A stretch of DNA of 64,000 bases, taken from Escherichia coli (GTDB lineage: Bacteria; Pseudomonadota; Gammaproteobacteria; Enterobacterales; Enterobacteriaceae). A program made the translations under genes and the position numbers. Positions 27,409-38,805 of this stretch are shown piece after piece (the stretch's first letter is position 1; the number at the start of each line of letters is the position of its first letter). The notes under the pieces were generated by a model. It saw only the letters and a list, made by a program, of their open reading frames with translations, ran no database searches and was not told the origin of the DNA. Where the stretch lies: the NCBI RefSeq assembly GCF_044324875.1, contig NZ_CP172185.1; one strand, given 5' to 3'.

Positions 27409-28341
27409 TTACATGTACTCCCGAATTACCAGCACGCCATTAGCTCCGTGCCCGCCACGTCCTGACGTGTGTGAATAGCTATTATCGTATGCACCCCCGC
27501 CGCCGGAGCCAGAGCAAACTCCAGAATTACCGCTCAGTTGCCCAGCGCGGCCGCCGCCACCCCAATAGCTCGATGCCCCATTGCCTACTAATAGCGCCTG
27601 GCCCGCCTGTCCGTCTGAACCGTCTCCGCCTTGTTCAGTTTTATAACCGCCAGAGCCTGAACCACCGAGCCCGCCAGCGGTATTTGTAGCGCCGCCCCAT
27701 TGCCCACCCTGGCCGCCGAGCGCAGTTAATGTCATGAACGAACTATGACCGCCATTATTTCCAGACCCTGGCCCATTGGCACCACTACCACCGCTACCAA
27801 TTGTCACTGTATAGGTCCCTGGCCCGGCATCGTTGTCTGTCGCATAAATAGTGGCAAAAACAGTACCTCCGGCTCCTCCGCCAGCCCCTGAAAATGTCTG
27901 ATTTGCGTTCTCCGCGTTACATCCACCGCCACCGCCGCCCGCCGCAGTCAGAATAACGTCAATTCGTTTTACGTCAGCTGGCCACGTATATGAACCCGAC
28001 GATGAAAAAACGACAGTTTTGCTGTAACGCCCCGAGCCATCTCCCAAACCAAGGTTTTCGAGAGCCGTTTTCACCGTGCCATCCGATTTGATATCGCCAA
28101 ACGGATTCTTGCGGCTTAACAGCAGCTCACGAAGCGCTGTAAGCAACTGGTCATGCCGCCCCTTCTCCAGGCTGGCACCGGATGCCTCCACCACGCTGCA
28201 AAGCTCCTCCTGCAACATGTCAAAGTAGTCATCATCCAGATCGGTGGCAGGCGTGCCGGTCTGGGGGTTACCACGGGTAAAACCGTTCTTACCCGCGCCG
28301 AACTTATCCTTCTGCGCGGTTTTCGTGTCTATACGATGCAT
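27409..28341 (-). CDS. Tail fiber protein with glycine-rich repeat region
   Basis: 310 aa; long Gly-rich low-complexity stretch; between DUF2313 baseplate gene and tfa. Confidence 0.7.
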   Translation of the reverse strand: MHRIDTKTAQKDKFGAGKNGFTRGNPQTGTPATDLDDDYFDMLQEELCSVVEASGASLEKGRHDQLLTALRELLLSRKNPFGDIKSDGTVKTALENLGLGDGSGRYSKTVVFSSSGSYTWPADVKRIDVILTAAGGGGGGCNAENANQTFSGAGGGAGGTVFATIYATDNDAGPGTYTVTIGSGGSGANGPGSGNNGGHSSFMTLTALGGQGGQWGGATNTAGGLGGSGSGGYKTEQGGDGSDGQAGQALLVGNGASSYWGGGGRAGQLSGNSGVCSGSGGGGAYDNSYSHTSGRGGHGANGVLVIREYM

Positions 28342-28344
28342 GAA

Positions 28345-28929
28345 TTACTCCGGATATTTAAAAATTACGTAGGTATGCGACGGGCAGAGTTTGTTAAGCA
28401 CGCACTCGACAACGGTGTCCCCCCAGATACGCAGTGCGGAATCACAGGGATCGCCACATGTCATCCAGGTGGTGTTGGTGGCAGCTGGCATATTGACCTG
28501 CCAGTAATACCGCCATTCCGGCGCATTCACCGCGTCAGTACAGGCCGATGAGCAGGTGAACGTGCTTTTGTCGTATCGCGTGATGGTGGCATCTGGTCTG
28601 CCCAGGGCAGCAAGCTGCGCAAGGTAAAAATCCTCATTGATGCCACCCGCCAGGTTAACCTTCGCATCCAGCCGTTGCTGACGCTGGCGAAGGGTCTGCG
28701 TCCCTGCCGGAATACATTCATCCGGCAGGCCGCACAGACGCTCCCAGCGGTTTATCAGTTCGGTGGTGGTGCGCGGATCCAGCTCCCGCATCAGGGCATC
28801 CGCACGCTGATGAGCACGGGTTAATGACTGTGCCGCACCGGCAATCGCCGGATCGCTGGCTGACCACGCCGGACCAGGGGGCAACAGTGCCGACAACAGA
28901 CGGATGTAATCATCGTTTGTCACGTCCAT
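28345..28929 (-). CDS. Phage tail protein, YmfQ/DUF2313-like
   Basis: 194 aa; position between baseplate J and tail fiber as in e14/Mu-like tails. Confidence 0.65.
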   Translation of the reverse strand: MDVTNDDYIRLLSALLPPGPAWSASDPAIAGAAQSLTRAHQRADALMRELDPRTTTELINRWERLCGLPDECIPAGTQTLRQRQQRLDAKVNLAGGINEDFYLAQLAALGRPDATITRYDKSTFTCSSACTDAVNAPEWRYYWQVNMPAATNTTWMTCGDPCDSALRIWGDTVVECVLNKLCPSHTYVIFKYPE

Positions 28930-29978
28930 GAAATCGTCCCCAGAACCGCCAGTTCATTTTTTGCAATGGAGATATTGTCCGCCGGAGCAAGCAACTGATG
29001 GCTGTATTCCCCGTTCGCACCGGAAATCGCTTCACTGATACGCGATACCTTAAGCTCTCCCTGCGGATAACCATCACGCAGCAGGAATGAACGCAACTCC
29101 GCGGTGATGGCAGCCCGTATTTCCGGTGTGTCCGGCGTCACGCGGATATGAAAATCCACTTTGTGCGCCACCGGCCTGAATACATACAAATCAGAGCCTG
29201 CCACCGGGGCCAGTGGCTCGATATGTTGTCTTGCCGCCGTTTCCGTTGATTCTTCCGGAATGGGGTTAATCAGGTCACTGCTGGCAATCATCACACCGAC
29301 AGTCCCCGTTCCCATCCAGTGTCGGTATGTCCATGCGCGGGTAATGCCGGGCACTTCTTTAGCCCAGACGACATAGTCCCCGTCAGCCCCGCCCTGAGGC
29401 GTCCAGTAATACCGCTCAATGACGCGGGCGCGCCACGTTTCCAGCTCTTCAGTATCAAATCCACCTGTCAGGGTATCTGCCTCGCCGGAAGACGGCAGAC
29501 CATTAACCGGCGTGACCAGGATTAATGACGTACCGTCGTCAGCGTTACCGACCGCGCCTGCACTTGAGCAGGCGATCGGCACGCGCAGGACACCACCGGT
29601 GCTGGTTGCATCGGCAGTTGCCGTGTACTGAACCAGGTCATCGCGCTGAATAACACTTCCGGCGGTCACCTTCAGGCCATCGCTGACACCTTCCCAGCGC
29701 ATATACCCGCTGGCAGCCGTGGCCCCCTTGCGCGGACACCGTTTCATCGCAGCATGTCGCGCCAGCCAGGACTCATCGCACAGGTCAGGCAGCATGTTCA
29801 TTGCCAGATAATCGATGTACCCGTAAACCGTATGCAGCGCCGCCGCATACACCTTTGCCCGCACGTCTTCATCCATGCGCCGGAGCGTGTCGCTGACGTC
29901 CAGCCTGGCGAATAAATCGTTACGGAGCATACTGATATTTTCTGCCAGCGTCGGGCGCTGAAATTCACTGTCCGCCAT
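28920..29978 (-). CDS. Baseplate J-like protein (Mu gp47-like)
   Basis: 352 aa; position and size in Mu-type baseplate module. Confidence 0.75.
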   Translation of the reverse strand: MADSEFQRPTLAENISMLRNDLFARLDVSDTLRRMDEDVRAKVYAAALHTVYGYIDYLAMNMLPDLCDESWLARHAAMKRCPRKGATAASGYMRWEGVSDGLKVTAGSVIQRDDLVQYTATADATSTGGVLRVPIACSSAGAVGNADDGTSLILVTPVNGLPSSGEADTLTGGFDTEELETWRARVIERYYWTPQGGADGDYVVWAKEVPGITRAWTYRHWMGTGTVGVMIASSDLINPIPEESTETAARQHIEPLAPVAGSDLYVFRPVAHKVDFHIRVTPDTPEIRAAITAELRSFLLRDGYPQGELKVSRISEAISGANGEYSHQLLAPADNISIAKNELAVLGTISWT

Positions 29979-30393
29979 GCGTTATCGCACTCCACAGATC
30001 ATCAAAAGAAATCATTACCGGTCCGTCACGACGCCAGAGAGTGATACTGTTACCCAGTTCATTAATCCCGGTGCGGCGGATATCCAGATCAATACGGGAC
30101 ACCACGCCGTCATCAATCATCCATTGCAGGCATTCGCGGATATACCCCCTTACCGTCTGCACCAGTTGATTGGTCAGTTTGCTGCGCTGAAGCAGCCACA
30201 GTCGGGAGCCGTAACGGTCATTCTGTACCTCAGGCCAGGTATCCCCCCACCATCCCATCGGGACGTCGGCATTGTCATCAGGCTCCGCCCGCCGCCAGGT
30301 AAACAGGGAAATCACCACGGCGCGGGTCAGCGGATCCAGCGGTGCGCTGGCGCAGGTGCGTTTACCGTTCACCGTCAGCCACAGTTCCATCAT
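29965..30393 (-). CDS. Baseplate protein, Mu gp46-like
   Basis: 142 aa; position in module. Confidence 0.65.
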   Translation of the reverse strand: MMELWLTVNGKRTCASAPLDPLTRAVVISLFTWRRAEPDDNADVPMGWWGDTWPEVQNDRYGSRLWLLQRSKLTNQLVQTVRGYIRECLQWMIDDGVVSRIDLDIRRTGINELGNSITLWRRDGPVMISFDDLWSAITHGGQ

Positions 30394-30938
30394 GCCTCCA
30401 TCGATTTATCAGGTTTGTCGGTGTTACTGCCCTGACCGTTCTCTCTGTGACGATGCCCGTTATAGGCAAGCCGCATCGCTGACATGGTGGTGCCGCCGGA
30501 GTCGCACAGGTCTTTCACCTGTCCTGTCACTTCCAGGTCCATTTCAAAACGTGCTTCAGGTGCATTGCGAAACGTGATCGTTTTACCTGCACCGTCCACC
30601 ACAATCCCCTCCCGGGTCAGCGTCACGGACTGCCCCTGATCGTCATAGACAGCCACCTCCCCCGTCTGCAGCCCTTTCAGGCGGTAGCGACGGTCCGACA
30701 CCGTAACAACCACCGCATGAGAACGGTCGCCATCCGGAAACAACACCACCGCTTCCGCACCACTGTTTGCCCTTGCAGTAAAACCGTAGGGTTCAAGATG
30801 TTCAACCCCGGCTTTGGGTTCACCGGCAATCAGGGACACATCCACGGTCTGACATTTCGTGGCGGCACTGATGCTTTTCACCACGGCCCGCCCAATCAGG
30901 CCGAGGAGTTGTCGCTGCATGGCTTCAATCGTCCTCAT
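30390..30938 (-). CDS. Baseplate assembly protein V-like (central spike)
   Basis: 182 aa; gpV/Mu gp45-like; position in module. Confidence 0.7.
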   Translation of the reverse strand: MRTIEAMQRQLLGLIGRAVVKSISAATKCQTVDVSLIAGEPKAGVEHLEPYGFTARANSGAEAVVLFPDGDRSHAVVVTVSDRRYRLKGLQTGEVAVYDDQGQSVTLTREGIVVDGAGKTITFRNAPEARFEMDLEVTGQVKDLCDSGGTTMSAMRLAYNGHRHRENGQGSNTDKPDKSMEA

Positions 30939-32017
30939 CAGAACGGGTCCTCCTGTACTCTGGCTTTTTTCTTTTTCCGCGCGCCGGGGGCTTCGGGTTC
31001 AGGCAGATAAGCATCTGGTGGGCCGACACGGATTTCCGTCAGGGTGCCGTTCTGGTCCTGAGTAAACGTGACTTCCGAAACAAGCAGTTCGGTGTTGTCG
31101 AAACCACAGACCGGATCAAAGACAATCACCCGCTGGTTGGGCTGCCACAGCGTACCGTTACCCTGTCGCCAGCCCTGCACCACATAGGTGGTTTCATCCG
31201 TCCGCGCCGCCCGTTGTCGGGCTTCAAAGTCCGCACGGGCAATACAGCCAGCCCCCGTAGCCTGTCCTGTCTGCCTGATATACATCGGACGGTAACGGGC
31301 AATAAATGCGTCCTCTGTGCGGGCCCGCAGCGCGGTGGTGGTGGCCTCACCGAAATCATCGTCGTTTCCGGCACGCTGCCCCGCCACCTGGTAAACAGAA
31401 AACCGCTCCCGGATACTCTTCTCCGTATCGCAGGAAAGGATGTTTTCCCCGAGTACCAGCGCGGTATGTGCCCGCGTTGAGCCAATACCACCAATCACCA
31501 GCCTGCCGTGCGGGTCGTCATAAGCCAGCGCCTGCTGCTGACCGAGTATTTTGTTGATTACCTCAATCACCGTTTCACCGTGATCAGGCTGAACATCAGG
31601 AATAACACCCGACGGCGCACCGCTGTTCACCACCTCAATGCCGAAAGGCGCAGCAAGCGCCTGCGCAATCTGCACCAGCGAGCGTCCGTTAAACTGTGTC
31701 GGTTCGGCTGCACAGTCAATCAGGTCAGCCGTCAGACTACGTCCGGCAATACCGGTGCTGACCGAACGGGCATCGTAACGAACGGGCGTCGCCTCCACCC
31801 AGCCGGTGATCACCAGCTCATCACCAATCAGCACCTCCACTTTTGAACCGTTTTTAATGCGCGGCTGAAGCGTGGTGATACCCTCATCACCCGGCCACTG
31901 GCGGGTGATCTCCACACTGAAATCCCGCGCCAGCCGTTCAATACCGGCACCGATGCGCACCGATGTCCAGCCATTCCACTCCCGGCCATTTATCCGTAGC
32001 GTGACATTGTCGTTCAT
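30938..32017 (-). CDS. Baseplate hub protein, Mu gpP/late-control-D-like
   Basis: 359 aa; follows DNA circularization gene as in Mu. Confidence 0.7.
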   Translation of the reverse strand: MNDNVTLRINGREWNGWTSVRIGAGIERLARDFSVEITRQWPGDEGITTLQPRIKNGSKVEVLIGDELVITGWVEATPVRYDARSVSTGIAGRSLTADLIDCAAEPTQFNGRSLVQIAQALAAPFGIEVVNSGAPSGVIPDVQPDHGETVIEVINKILGQQQALAYDDPHGRLVIGGIGSTRAHTALVLGENILSCDTEKSIRERFSVYQVAGQRAGNDDDFGEATTTALRARTEDAFIARYRPMYIRQTGQATGAGCIARADFEARQRAARTDETTYVVQGWRQGNGTLWQPNQRVIVFDPVCGFDNTELLVSEVTFTQDQNGTLTEIRVGPPDAYLPEPEAPGARKKKKARVQEDPF

Positions 32018-33390
32018 TGCACTGGCACCTTCAGAGGGATCACCGGCACAAAGCCGGGATGCGTAATGGCATTACGCCGGATAATGTCCGCGTCACGCGC
32101 CGCGTTATCAAACCAGGTCGCCGCCAGCACCAGCGCGGGTAAAACCTCATCCGGTGTGCGCTGAATGATCCGCGCAGACTGTTCAAGGCGCATGTTGATA
32201 TCCGCATTCAGATCTGCTTTCACCCGGCGCAGCGCCAGAAACAGCGCATCACTGGTTGTACGGGACAACTCCTTATCAATTGTCGTATTCAGTGTGTCGC
32301 GAATGTCAGTCAGTTCTTCCCACGTCGGCAGGTCAACCGTGCTTTTCACCGCCGGTGCATTGTTCAGTGCCGGATGCGTGACGGAAGGCCAGCCAGTGCT
32401 CTGCGCAGGTGTTGTTGCCTGCCCCATTGCGGCATTCTGCATCACCGCGGAAGTTGTTGGCGCAGGCAATCGTGTGACGGCATACGCCGCTTCGCTGATT
32501 GCGGTCGTACGAAGGGTGCTGGCAACCACGTTACGCTGCTGCGTCGCCGTAGCGGTAGTTTTACTGTCCGTTTTCCAGACGCCGCGCGGTTGCAGATCGC
32601 TGCCGAGGCTGACACCGGAAAGCGTTTTGATCATGGTGACCAGGTCGCTGGCGTTACCATAAAGGCGTTTCCCGGTACGCCACATTTTCTGCACCTGCTC
32701 AACGAAATTTTTGCCTGACGATGGCGGCGGCAGAAGTACCGAGATATCCCCCTGCAACAGCCTGGCGGCATCCGATACGGCAGAATCCACCACTTTCATC
32801 GCATCAGAAACATACCCAAGCATTGTGCTGGCATTACCGACGACGTCGTTCTGCACAAAATCTGCCACGCCATCGATACTGAAACCACTGAAACTGTCAC
32901 TGATGCAGTCATCCAGTGCAGAACAGGATGACATCAGCGTCTGCGCCGTCGCCGCACCTGATGTGGGGTAAGAGAGTTCTCCCGCTTCGACAAACTTCAG
33001 GTCAAAGCGGACAATACGCCCTTCACTCTTCGATGTGCTGACCCGAACCTCCCCGTCAACACAGACTTTCAGCTCACCGTATGTCGGATGGACAAGCGTG
33101 CCGGGACCGGGTTTATTCAGCGCGTCAATCAGGCGATCGCGCTGGTCAAAGCAGTCATCTCCCACCACATAAGCCGTGATGGACGGGCGAAAAGTGATTT
33201 TCCCCAGGTCTTCGGTATAGGGTTTGTCGCGGTTCGGGTATTCATGTGTTTCCACACGGCGACCGGTTCCCGCACTTTCTTCTTCAACCTTAAACGGCAC
33301 GCCGCGAAATGACGCGTCCTGAAGTCTGTCACGCCAGCCTGAAGACGACGAAAGTAATGAAGGTCGGGTGGGAAATGAGGATAAATCCAT
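32014..33390 (-). CDS. DNA circularization protein N-like (Mu gpN family)
   Basis: 458 aa; immediately downstream of tape measure. Confidence 0.65.
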   Translation of the reverse strand: MDLSSFPTRPSLLSSSSGWRDRLQDASFRGVPFKVEEESAGTGRRVETHEYPNRDKPYTEDLGKITFRPSITAYVVGDDCFDQRDRLIDALNKPGPGTLVHPTYGELKVCVDGEVRVSTSKSEGRIVRFDLKFVEAGELSYPTSGAATAQTLMSSCSALDDCISDSFSGFSIDGVADFVQNDVVGNASTMLGYVSDAMKVVDSAVSDAARLLQGDISVLLPPPSSGKNFVEQVQKMWRTGKRLYGNASDLVTMIKTLSGVSLGSDLQPRGVWKTDSKTTATATQQRNVVASTLRTTAISEAAYAVTRLPAPTTSAVMQNAAMGQATTPAQSTGWPSVTHPALNNAPAVKSTVDLPTWEELTDIRDTLNTTIDKELSRTTSDALFLALRRVKADLNADINMRLEQSARIIQRTPDEVLPALVLAATWFDNAARDADIIRRNAITHPGFVPVIPLKVPVQ

Positions 33391-33414
33391 AGACTGACCT
33401 CAAAAAGGACTGCA

Positions 33415-35322
33415 TTATCGTGGAAAACGAAAAGGGGAATACCCCACATCGTGCGTGATTTTCATCAGGGGATCGGCTTTGCCCGGTACATCAATTATCT
33501 TCATACCTGGCGGAGCATTCTCGAACGTGACTTTCAGTTCGCTGTGCTGTGTCATGGAAGAAGATGGATTCAACAGCGGAACATTGGGTTTGTACTGGCT
33601 CAGGCTGGCCTGATACTGCTCGTACTCTTTACGATCAAAAAAAGGCGTCCAGTCTGAAGCCAGAAACAGCCCTTTATTATCCAGCCAGTTAACCGTATCT
33701 TCAGGAACAACACTTTCCAGAGTATCTTTAACCGGCTCATACATCAGGGTTCCCAGAAAACCATATCCCCCGGCCTTCCCGATAAAGCCGCGGCCTTTCC
33801 CCATCAATCCCGTTTCTGCCGATACCTTCCCCAGCGTACGCATCTCTCTGGTCACTGCGGTAATGGATTTGGTAACGTCAGCAACCCATTTGGTTGCCAT
33901 AAACAGGGCAATCGCTTTCAGAACAGTTTCCCATCCCCCCATCGCCTGCGCCGTTTCATCCACCACGTGCCAGACTTTTTTTATGACAGGGCCTACGGTT
34001 TCCCAGTTATCAATAATGAGGTAAGCGCCACCAACCAGAAGAGCAATCAGCCCCTTAGCTGGCGTCATATTCATCACACCGCCGAGAACTTTCATAATTC
34101 TGGACAAAGAGCCTGCAGCGGCTCCCACCGTCAGTAAGGCCAGACCGATTTTAGCAATGGTCTTAACGAGCTCCGGGTTTTCACGGACAAACGTTCTCAC
34201 TTCCTCAAGGAGCGGTTTTACCGCTTCAAGACCATCATTAACCTCAGGAAGAAACGTTTCCCCCAGCGTGGAAGAAATGGCATCAAGTTGATTTTGCAGA
34301 AGTAAAAGCTGGTTTTCCGTCGTCGCTGCCCTCGAAGCATATTCCTTCTGCATCGAACTGCCATACTGCTGGGAATCCGCAACCCGCCTGAAGTTGGTAC
34401 GCAACAAATCAAGGTTAGTCAGCAGAGGTGCTATCGCGCCCAGAGACTCTTTCCCGAACAGGGCATTCAGCACAGCGGCCCGTTTTTCTTTAGGCACTTT
34501 AGCCATCGCATCCAGTACAGACAGCATGGTGCCCCGGGCATCTTTCTGCATATCAGCAGCTAATTTCTTCGGATTGATCCGCAGAAAACGCAATGCCTGT
34601 TTCTGCGATTTTGTCGCAGAATTTCCCGCGGTCAGGGAAAGCATGAAGTTCTTGATCCCTGTGGCGGCAATTTCTGACTCCACGCCCATCCCGGCAATGG
34701 TTGCCCCCATTGCCGCAATTTCGCCGGAAGCCACACCTGCAACACCACCTAAAGGACCAATACGCGTAACAATATCGGAGATTTTCTTCGCATTCGCCGG
34801 GCCGGTATTACCAAGGTAGTTGATTTTGTCAGCCAGCCCGGCCACTTCATCCTGCGTCATATTAAACGCAGTACGCCACTGGGCCATCATCTGCCCGGAC
34901 TCTTCAGCCGTTGTATCAAAGGCCACGCCCATCTTCACCGCATCAGTGGCAAACTGCATCAGTTCATCACGTGCAATCCCGGCCTGACCGCCAGCCGCCA
35001 CAATTTCCGCGATCCCGTCTGCAGACATGGGAAGCTCTGTAGACAAAGCGCGTACCTGCTCCGTCATGGCCTTAAATGCATCCGGCGTATCCAGACCGTC
35101 CACCACTTTGCGGACATCAGCCATCTTCGATTCAAGGGTGATGGCTGATTTTACAGGGAGTGCCAGTGCCCCCATTATTGCAGTACCCGCCCCGGCAGCA
35201 CCCAGAGCAAGGCTGGAGACTTCTTTCTGAAATCCCTTAAGCTGACGCTGCATACCTTTAAGCGGGCCGGATAGCCTGTCAACGGCGGTGATGATGGCTT
35301 TCAGCTGAAAATTATCAGCCAT
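33415..35322 (-). CDS. Tail tape measure protein
   Basis: 635 aa, Ala/Gly-rich helical protein between chaperone and baseplate genes. Confidence 0.8.
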   Translation of the reverse strand: MADNFQLKAIITAVDRLSGPLKGMQRQLKGFQKEVSSLALGAAGAGTAIMGALALPVKSAITLESKMADVRKVVDGLDTPDAFKAMTEQVRALSTELPMSADGIAEIVAAGGQAGIARDELMQFATDAVKMGVAFDTTAEESGQMMAQWRTAFNMTQDEVAGLADKINYLGNTGPANAKKISDIVTRIGPLGGVAGVASGEIAAMGATIAGMGVESEIAATGIKNFMLSLTAGNSATKSQKQALRFLRINPKKLAADMQKDARGTMLSVLDAMAKVPKEKRAAVLNALFGKESLGAIAPLLTNLDLLRTNFRRVADSQQYGSSMQKEYASRAATTENQLLLLQNQLDAISSTLGETFLPEVNDGLEAVKPLLEEVRTFVRENPELVKTIAKIGLALLTVGAAAGSLSRIMKVLGGVMNMTPAKGLIALLVGGAYLIIDNWETVGPVIKKVWHVVDETAQAMGGWETVLKAIALFMATKWVADVTKSITAVTREMRTLGKVSAETGLMGKGRGFIGKAGGYGFLGTLMYEPVKDTLESVVPEDTVNWLDNKGLFLASDWTPFFDRKEYEQYQASLSQYKPNVPLLNPSSSMTQHSELKVTFENAPPGMKIIDVPGKADPLMKITHDVGYSPFRFPR

Positions 35323-35406
35323 GCTTCATCTCCTCATTTATACGGACGGCCTCTGCCTCCAGATCAGCAAAGTGGGAAATAGCCGTCCGGCGAAGTTCAA
35401 GTGGGT

Positions 35407-35730
35407 TTAATTTCCAGAACCACGCGACATTGTAGAATCGCTTCCTGAGGTCTCTTCCGTCTCCAAGCCGGTAAAAAAACGCATTACAATCATGCCTGCC
35501 TTGAAAATATCCAGCTTCGTCATCTGCGCTGCAGACGAGCGCGGGATCCCGGCCAGAAGCGGGATATATTTCAGCGCCACCTGACTGTCCATTTTCATAC
35601 CACCATCAGGCGAAACAGAGAAAGGGAACCCCAGCGCCTCAATCTCGTCATACGTAGGCTCACGTATTTCCAACACATGCAGTGTTTCTTTGTGGGCGAT
35701 GATCGGTTTTTTAAGTACAAGCTCAATCAC
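35407..35730 (-). CDS. Tail assembly chaperone
   Basis: 107 aa between tail tube and tape measure. Confidence 0.55.
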   Translation of the reverse strand: MIELVLKKPIIAHKETLHVLEIREPTYDEIEALGFPFSVSPDGGMKMDSQVALKYIPLLAGIPRSSAAQMTKLDIFKAGMIVMRFFTGLETEETSGSDSTMSRGSGN

Positions 35731-36083
35731 TGGTAATCCCCTTCTTCACCGTGAAATTCAATATCGACCGTGCCTTCTTCGGCATTATGGTTCGCTTCGC
35801 CGTGCAGCCAGGCTGACGACAATACATAGACCTGACCGTTCGCCAGCTCGGCAGTGATGGTCATCTCATCAGACGAGGTGATTTTGCTCACCGGAAAATT
35901 CTTCGGTACCTTGAAGGTCCCTTTGACATAAGGTGCACGGTGAGTTTCCTTGCGGTCCACTGAACCGTCCAGACCGATGATGTCATCATTAACCGTTTTG
36001 TTCATGGGCACCTCAATGCCGCCGGTCAGCGATAGCTGCTGACCGTCAATCTTGAAATAACAGGTTCCCCCGATACGGGCCAT
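35727..36083 (-). CDS. Tail tube protein (contractile tail)
   Basis: 118 aa; directly downstream of sheath gene with 1-bp overlap. Confidence 0.75.
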   Translation of the reverse strand: MARIGGTCYFKIDGQQLSLTGGIEVPMNKTVNDDIIGLDGSVDRKETHRAPYVKGTFKVPKNFPVSKITSSDEMTITAELANGQVYVLSSAWLHGEANHNAEEGTVDIEFHGEEGDYQ

Positions 36084-37579
36084 TATGCGGACTCCTCTGA
36101 ATACTGAAGACGGAACTGGTTAACCACGGCAAAGACACGCAGCTGGTTAACATAGTCAGGCGGGAACAGCGTGTTCAGGCGATTTGGATCGCTGGCATCA
36201 CGCTCCACAACCAGGTACTGCTTAAACAGTTCGTAGTTTTCCACGATGCCCGCACGCTCGAGCTGACGGTAGGTTGCCAGCAGTTCCCCTTTGATCACCG
36301 CCGGGGTGACAATCGCCTGACCGGGACCAAAGCGGGTACCGTCGCTGGCAAGCTTGTGACGCCCGTACTTACTGGTAATGACGGATTTCAGTTTGCGCAG
36401 TACATACGCACTGGTATGCAGCGTCTCGCTGTCGAGGTAGCTGTTATCCGCAACCCCGTAAGCATTTTCCCTGTACGTGGTGACATCACGCTGAATGCGC
36501 AGCACCCCGCTTTCGACATACGCCGTTGCCACGCCATGAGACAGCAGGGTCTGTTGTTCTGTCATCGTGAACCGTTTCCCCTTCGGCGCAGGCAGCATAC
36601 CCACCAGCTCACCGGTCTGCGTGGGACGTGCCGGATCGTTGCGAATAAACACCGCTGCGCGGGCGGTACGGCTTGCCGCCAGCTCGTCGGCAGGCGTCTG
36701 GGTGTCTTTTTCGTATCCCGCCAGGGTAATGTGCTGCTGGTTAAACTGGTCACCTGCGGTCACCAGTTCTGACAGCGTGCCGATCTTTGCCGTATACACA
36801 TGACCATACAGCTGACGCGCATAGCTCCAGCGACCGCTGGTATCGTTCATCTCGGTCACCAGCGTGTTAACGGAGGCCGTGTCGTTGAACGGCAGGCCGA
36901 TATAATCAAACGGCTCATCCGCCATTGCAGCCACCGCGCCGGTGAGAACCGGAGCGCCCGTTCCGGCGGTACCCGTCGCCACAGCAATCTGTACACCCGC
37001 TGGCAGCACTTCGCCACCACCAAAGCCGTAGTAATTGAGGCTGACAGGAATTTCATTCCCGCAAAGCCCCTTATGACGCGCGGTCAGCGTGACCACGCCT
37101 GCCGAAGATGAGGCCGTAAACGGCAGGGTCGGAACGGCATTGATGGCATCCTGGATACTGCTGGCAATCGTCGTGACGTTATCGCCGTTGGTCACCGGTG
37201 CCTGCACGCGGGTACGTCCCACATAAACATTCACCGTGCCGCTTTCGGTTGCTGCTCCAGTCACCGTCAGCGTAACCGTTGCCGCCGCGCCCGTGGATTC
37301 AGGAACGGCAATCACATACAGCTCACCAAACGGGTCGGTCTGGCGATAAGCCTCGACCATACGCGCCAGCTGACTTCCCGCACCACAAATCTGGCATGCA
37401 TAGTCTGCCGACGGCATCAGCACCAGACTGTTGGCAACAATCTCTGCACCGTTATTGGCATGACCAATCAGCAGCGATGCTCCGCTGTCCTGTGCAGTAT
37501 TCGCAGCCTGGTTATCCATTTCCGCATAAAACAGCGGAACCAGCGTATTCGACGGAATGGTGTTAAAGCTTATCGTCAT
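36083..37579 (-). CDS. Tail sheath protein (contractile tail)
   Basis: 498 aa; size and position typical of myovirus sheath proteins. Confidence 0.85.
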   Translation of the reverse strand: MTISFNTIPSNTLVPLFYAEMDNQAANTAQDSGASLLIGHANNGAEIVANSLVLMPSADYACQICGAGSQLARMVEAYRQTDPFGELYVIAVPESTGAAATVTLTVTGAATESGTVNVYVGRTRVQAPVTNGDNVTTIASSIQDAINAVPTLPFTASSSAGVVTLTARHKGLCGNEIPVSLNYYGFGGGEVLPAGVQIAVATGTAGTGAPVLTGAVAAMADEPFDYIGLPFNDTASVNTLVTEMNDTSGRWSYARQLYGHVYTAKIGTLSELVTAGDQFNQQHITLAGYEKDTQTPADELAASRTARAAVFIRNDPARPTQTGELVGMLPAPKGKRFTMTEQQTLLSHGVATAYVESGVLRIQRDVTTYRENAYGVADNSYLDSETLHTSAYVLRKLKSVITSKYGRHKLASDGTRFGPGQAIVTPAVIKGELLATYRQLERAGIVENYELFKQYLVVERDASDPNRLNTLFPPDYVNQLRVFAVVNQFRLQYSEESA

Positions 37580-37741
37580 CGGTATTCACCTTTTTATTCA
37601 CGCGCCGGATATCACCCGCTGCTTCACGGCGCAGCCAGTAGTTGTTCTCGTCAACATTTCGCCCTTCGGCGGGCAAAAGGTCGCCGCGGGCAGGGTCAGG
37701 CACTGACCGCCCTTTAACAGGTTTCACAAACATGAGGATCC

Positions 37742-38302
37742 TCAGGAAGGAAGGGTTATTTCGGTGTGATGTTCGATATCGCCGTCAGGCCCGTTACCGG
37801 GATCGAGATAATCAACATCAATCGCCAGCGTTCGCAGTTCATCCAGACTGTTCAGGTCATCCTGCTGGCGGGTATCGTCTTCGGTCAGCTCGCTGATGAC
37901 CGAAAAATCGAACTGATAAATCAGCTCATGACGATTCAGATCCAGCAGCGTGCCGCCGTCATAGGTAATCGGGTTACCGCACGCTTCCGGGTTCCAGCCC
38001 AGCAGAGCCTTAAAGAGCATCTGCCGGACATCGTCCACCACATCATACGAGGCAAACTGACCGCGCTCATCACGCCCGTTACTCAGTATGACAACCACGG
38101 AGAAGCCCTCTTTCAGCTCCTGCCAGTAGTCGGTCTGGCTTTTGTTTTCTCCCGGAGAGTCATCACCCGGTACCACATACGCCGCCGGGAGTCTCAGCTT
38201 TCCGACCTCCGGCAGATTTTTGAACTGTGCCGCGCCTGCCACCCGGTTTTCAAAATACGGGCAGCGGGCACGCAGCGCAGCAATAACAGGCGTCAGTTTC
38301 AT
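37742..38302 (-). CDS. Virion morphogenesis/tail completion protein (DUF1834-like)
   Basis: 186 aa acidic protein between head-completion genes and sheath. Confidence 0.5.
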   Translation of the reverse strand: MKLTPVIAALRARCPYFENRVAGAAQFKNLPEVGKLRLPAAYVVPGDDSPGENKSQTDYWQELKEGFSVVVILSNGRDERGQFASYDVVDDVRQMLFKALLGWNPEACGNPITYDGGTLLDLNRHELIYQFDFSVISELTEDDTRQQDDLNSLDELRTLAIDVDYLDPGNGPDGDIEHHTEITLPS

Positions 38303-38805
38303 CTGTGTCGTCGCTCCGGCTTCAGTGATTTACGCAATTCCCGCGCCAGAAAATAGCGTGTCCAGCTGCGGTTCTTTTCAAGAGTTTCCACCATAAAGTT
38401 ATTACGTGGAGCCAGCCGCCAGCCGCTGCCACCGGATGCACCACGATGATGGCTACGACGACGTTTTGCTCCTCCCCGGACACCAAAAAACAGAAACGCC
38501 GGATAGAAGTCACCAGAGATCATCCGGTTCCCCTTCCCGTTGCGCTGGTTAGGGGCAATGCGTGTCATAAAACCGGCTCGCTTTTTACTGGCTCTCGGCA
38601 CCATGTAACCAATCGAACGAGCCAGACGTCCGGTCTGATAACCGGGATTTTCACCCGGTGCCGACCGCGCACGGCGCATCACCAGCCGACGGGCATTACG
38701 CATATGACGCTGCCCAATCGTGACAAACGCCCGCCGGACACGGGCGCGGTTAAAGCGCATCTCCGCGGGCTGCTGAACATCAACGTGAAAAAAGGGAGTC
38801 GCCAT
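38299..38805 (-). CDS. HK97 gp10-like head-tail joining protein
   Basis: 168 aa, basic; position. Confidence 0.5.
   Translation of the reverse strand: MATPFFHVDVQQPAEMRFNRARVRRAFVTIGQRHMRNARRLVMRRARSAPGENPGYQTGRLARSIGYMVPRASKKRAGFMTRIAPNQRNGKGNRMISGDFYPAFLFFGVRGGAKRRRSHHRGASGGSGWRLAPRNNFMVETLEKNRSWTRYFLARELRKSLKPERRHR

Noticed and set aside
35323-35730. Possible programmed -1 frameshift extension of the tail assembly chaperone (gpG/gpGT-type)
   Set aside because: No slippery heptamer or overlapping extension frame could be identified confidently by eye.
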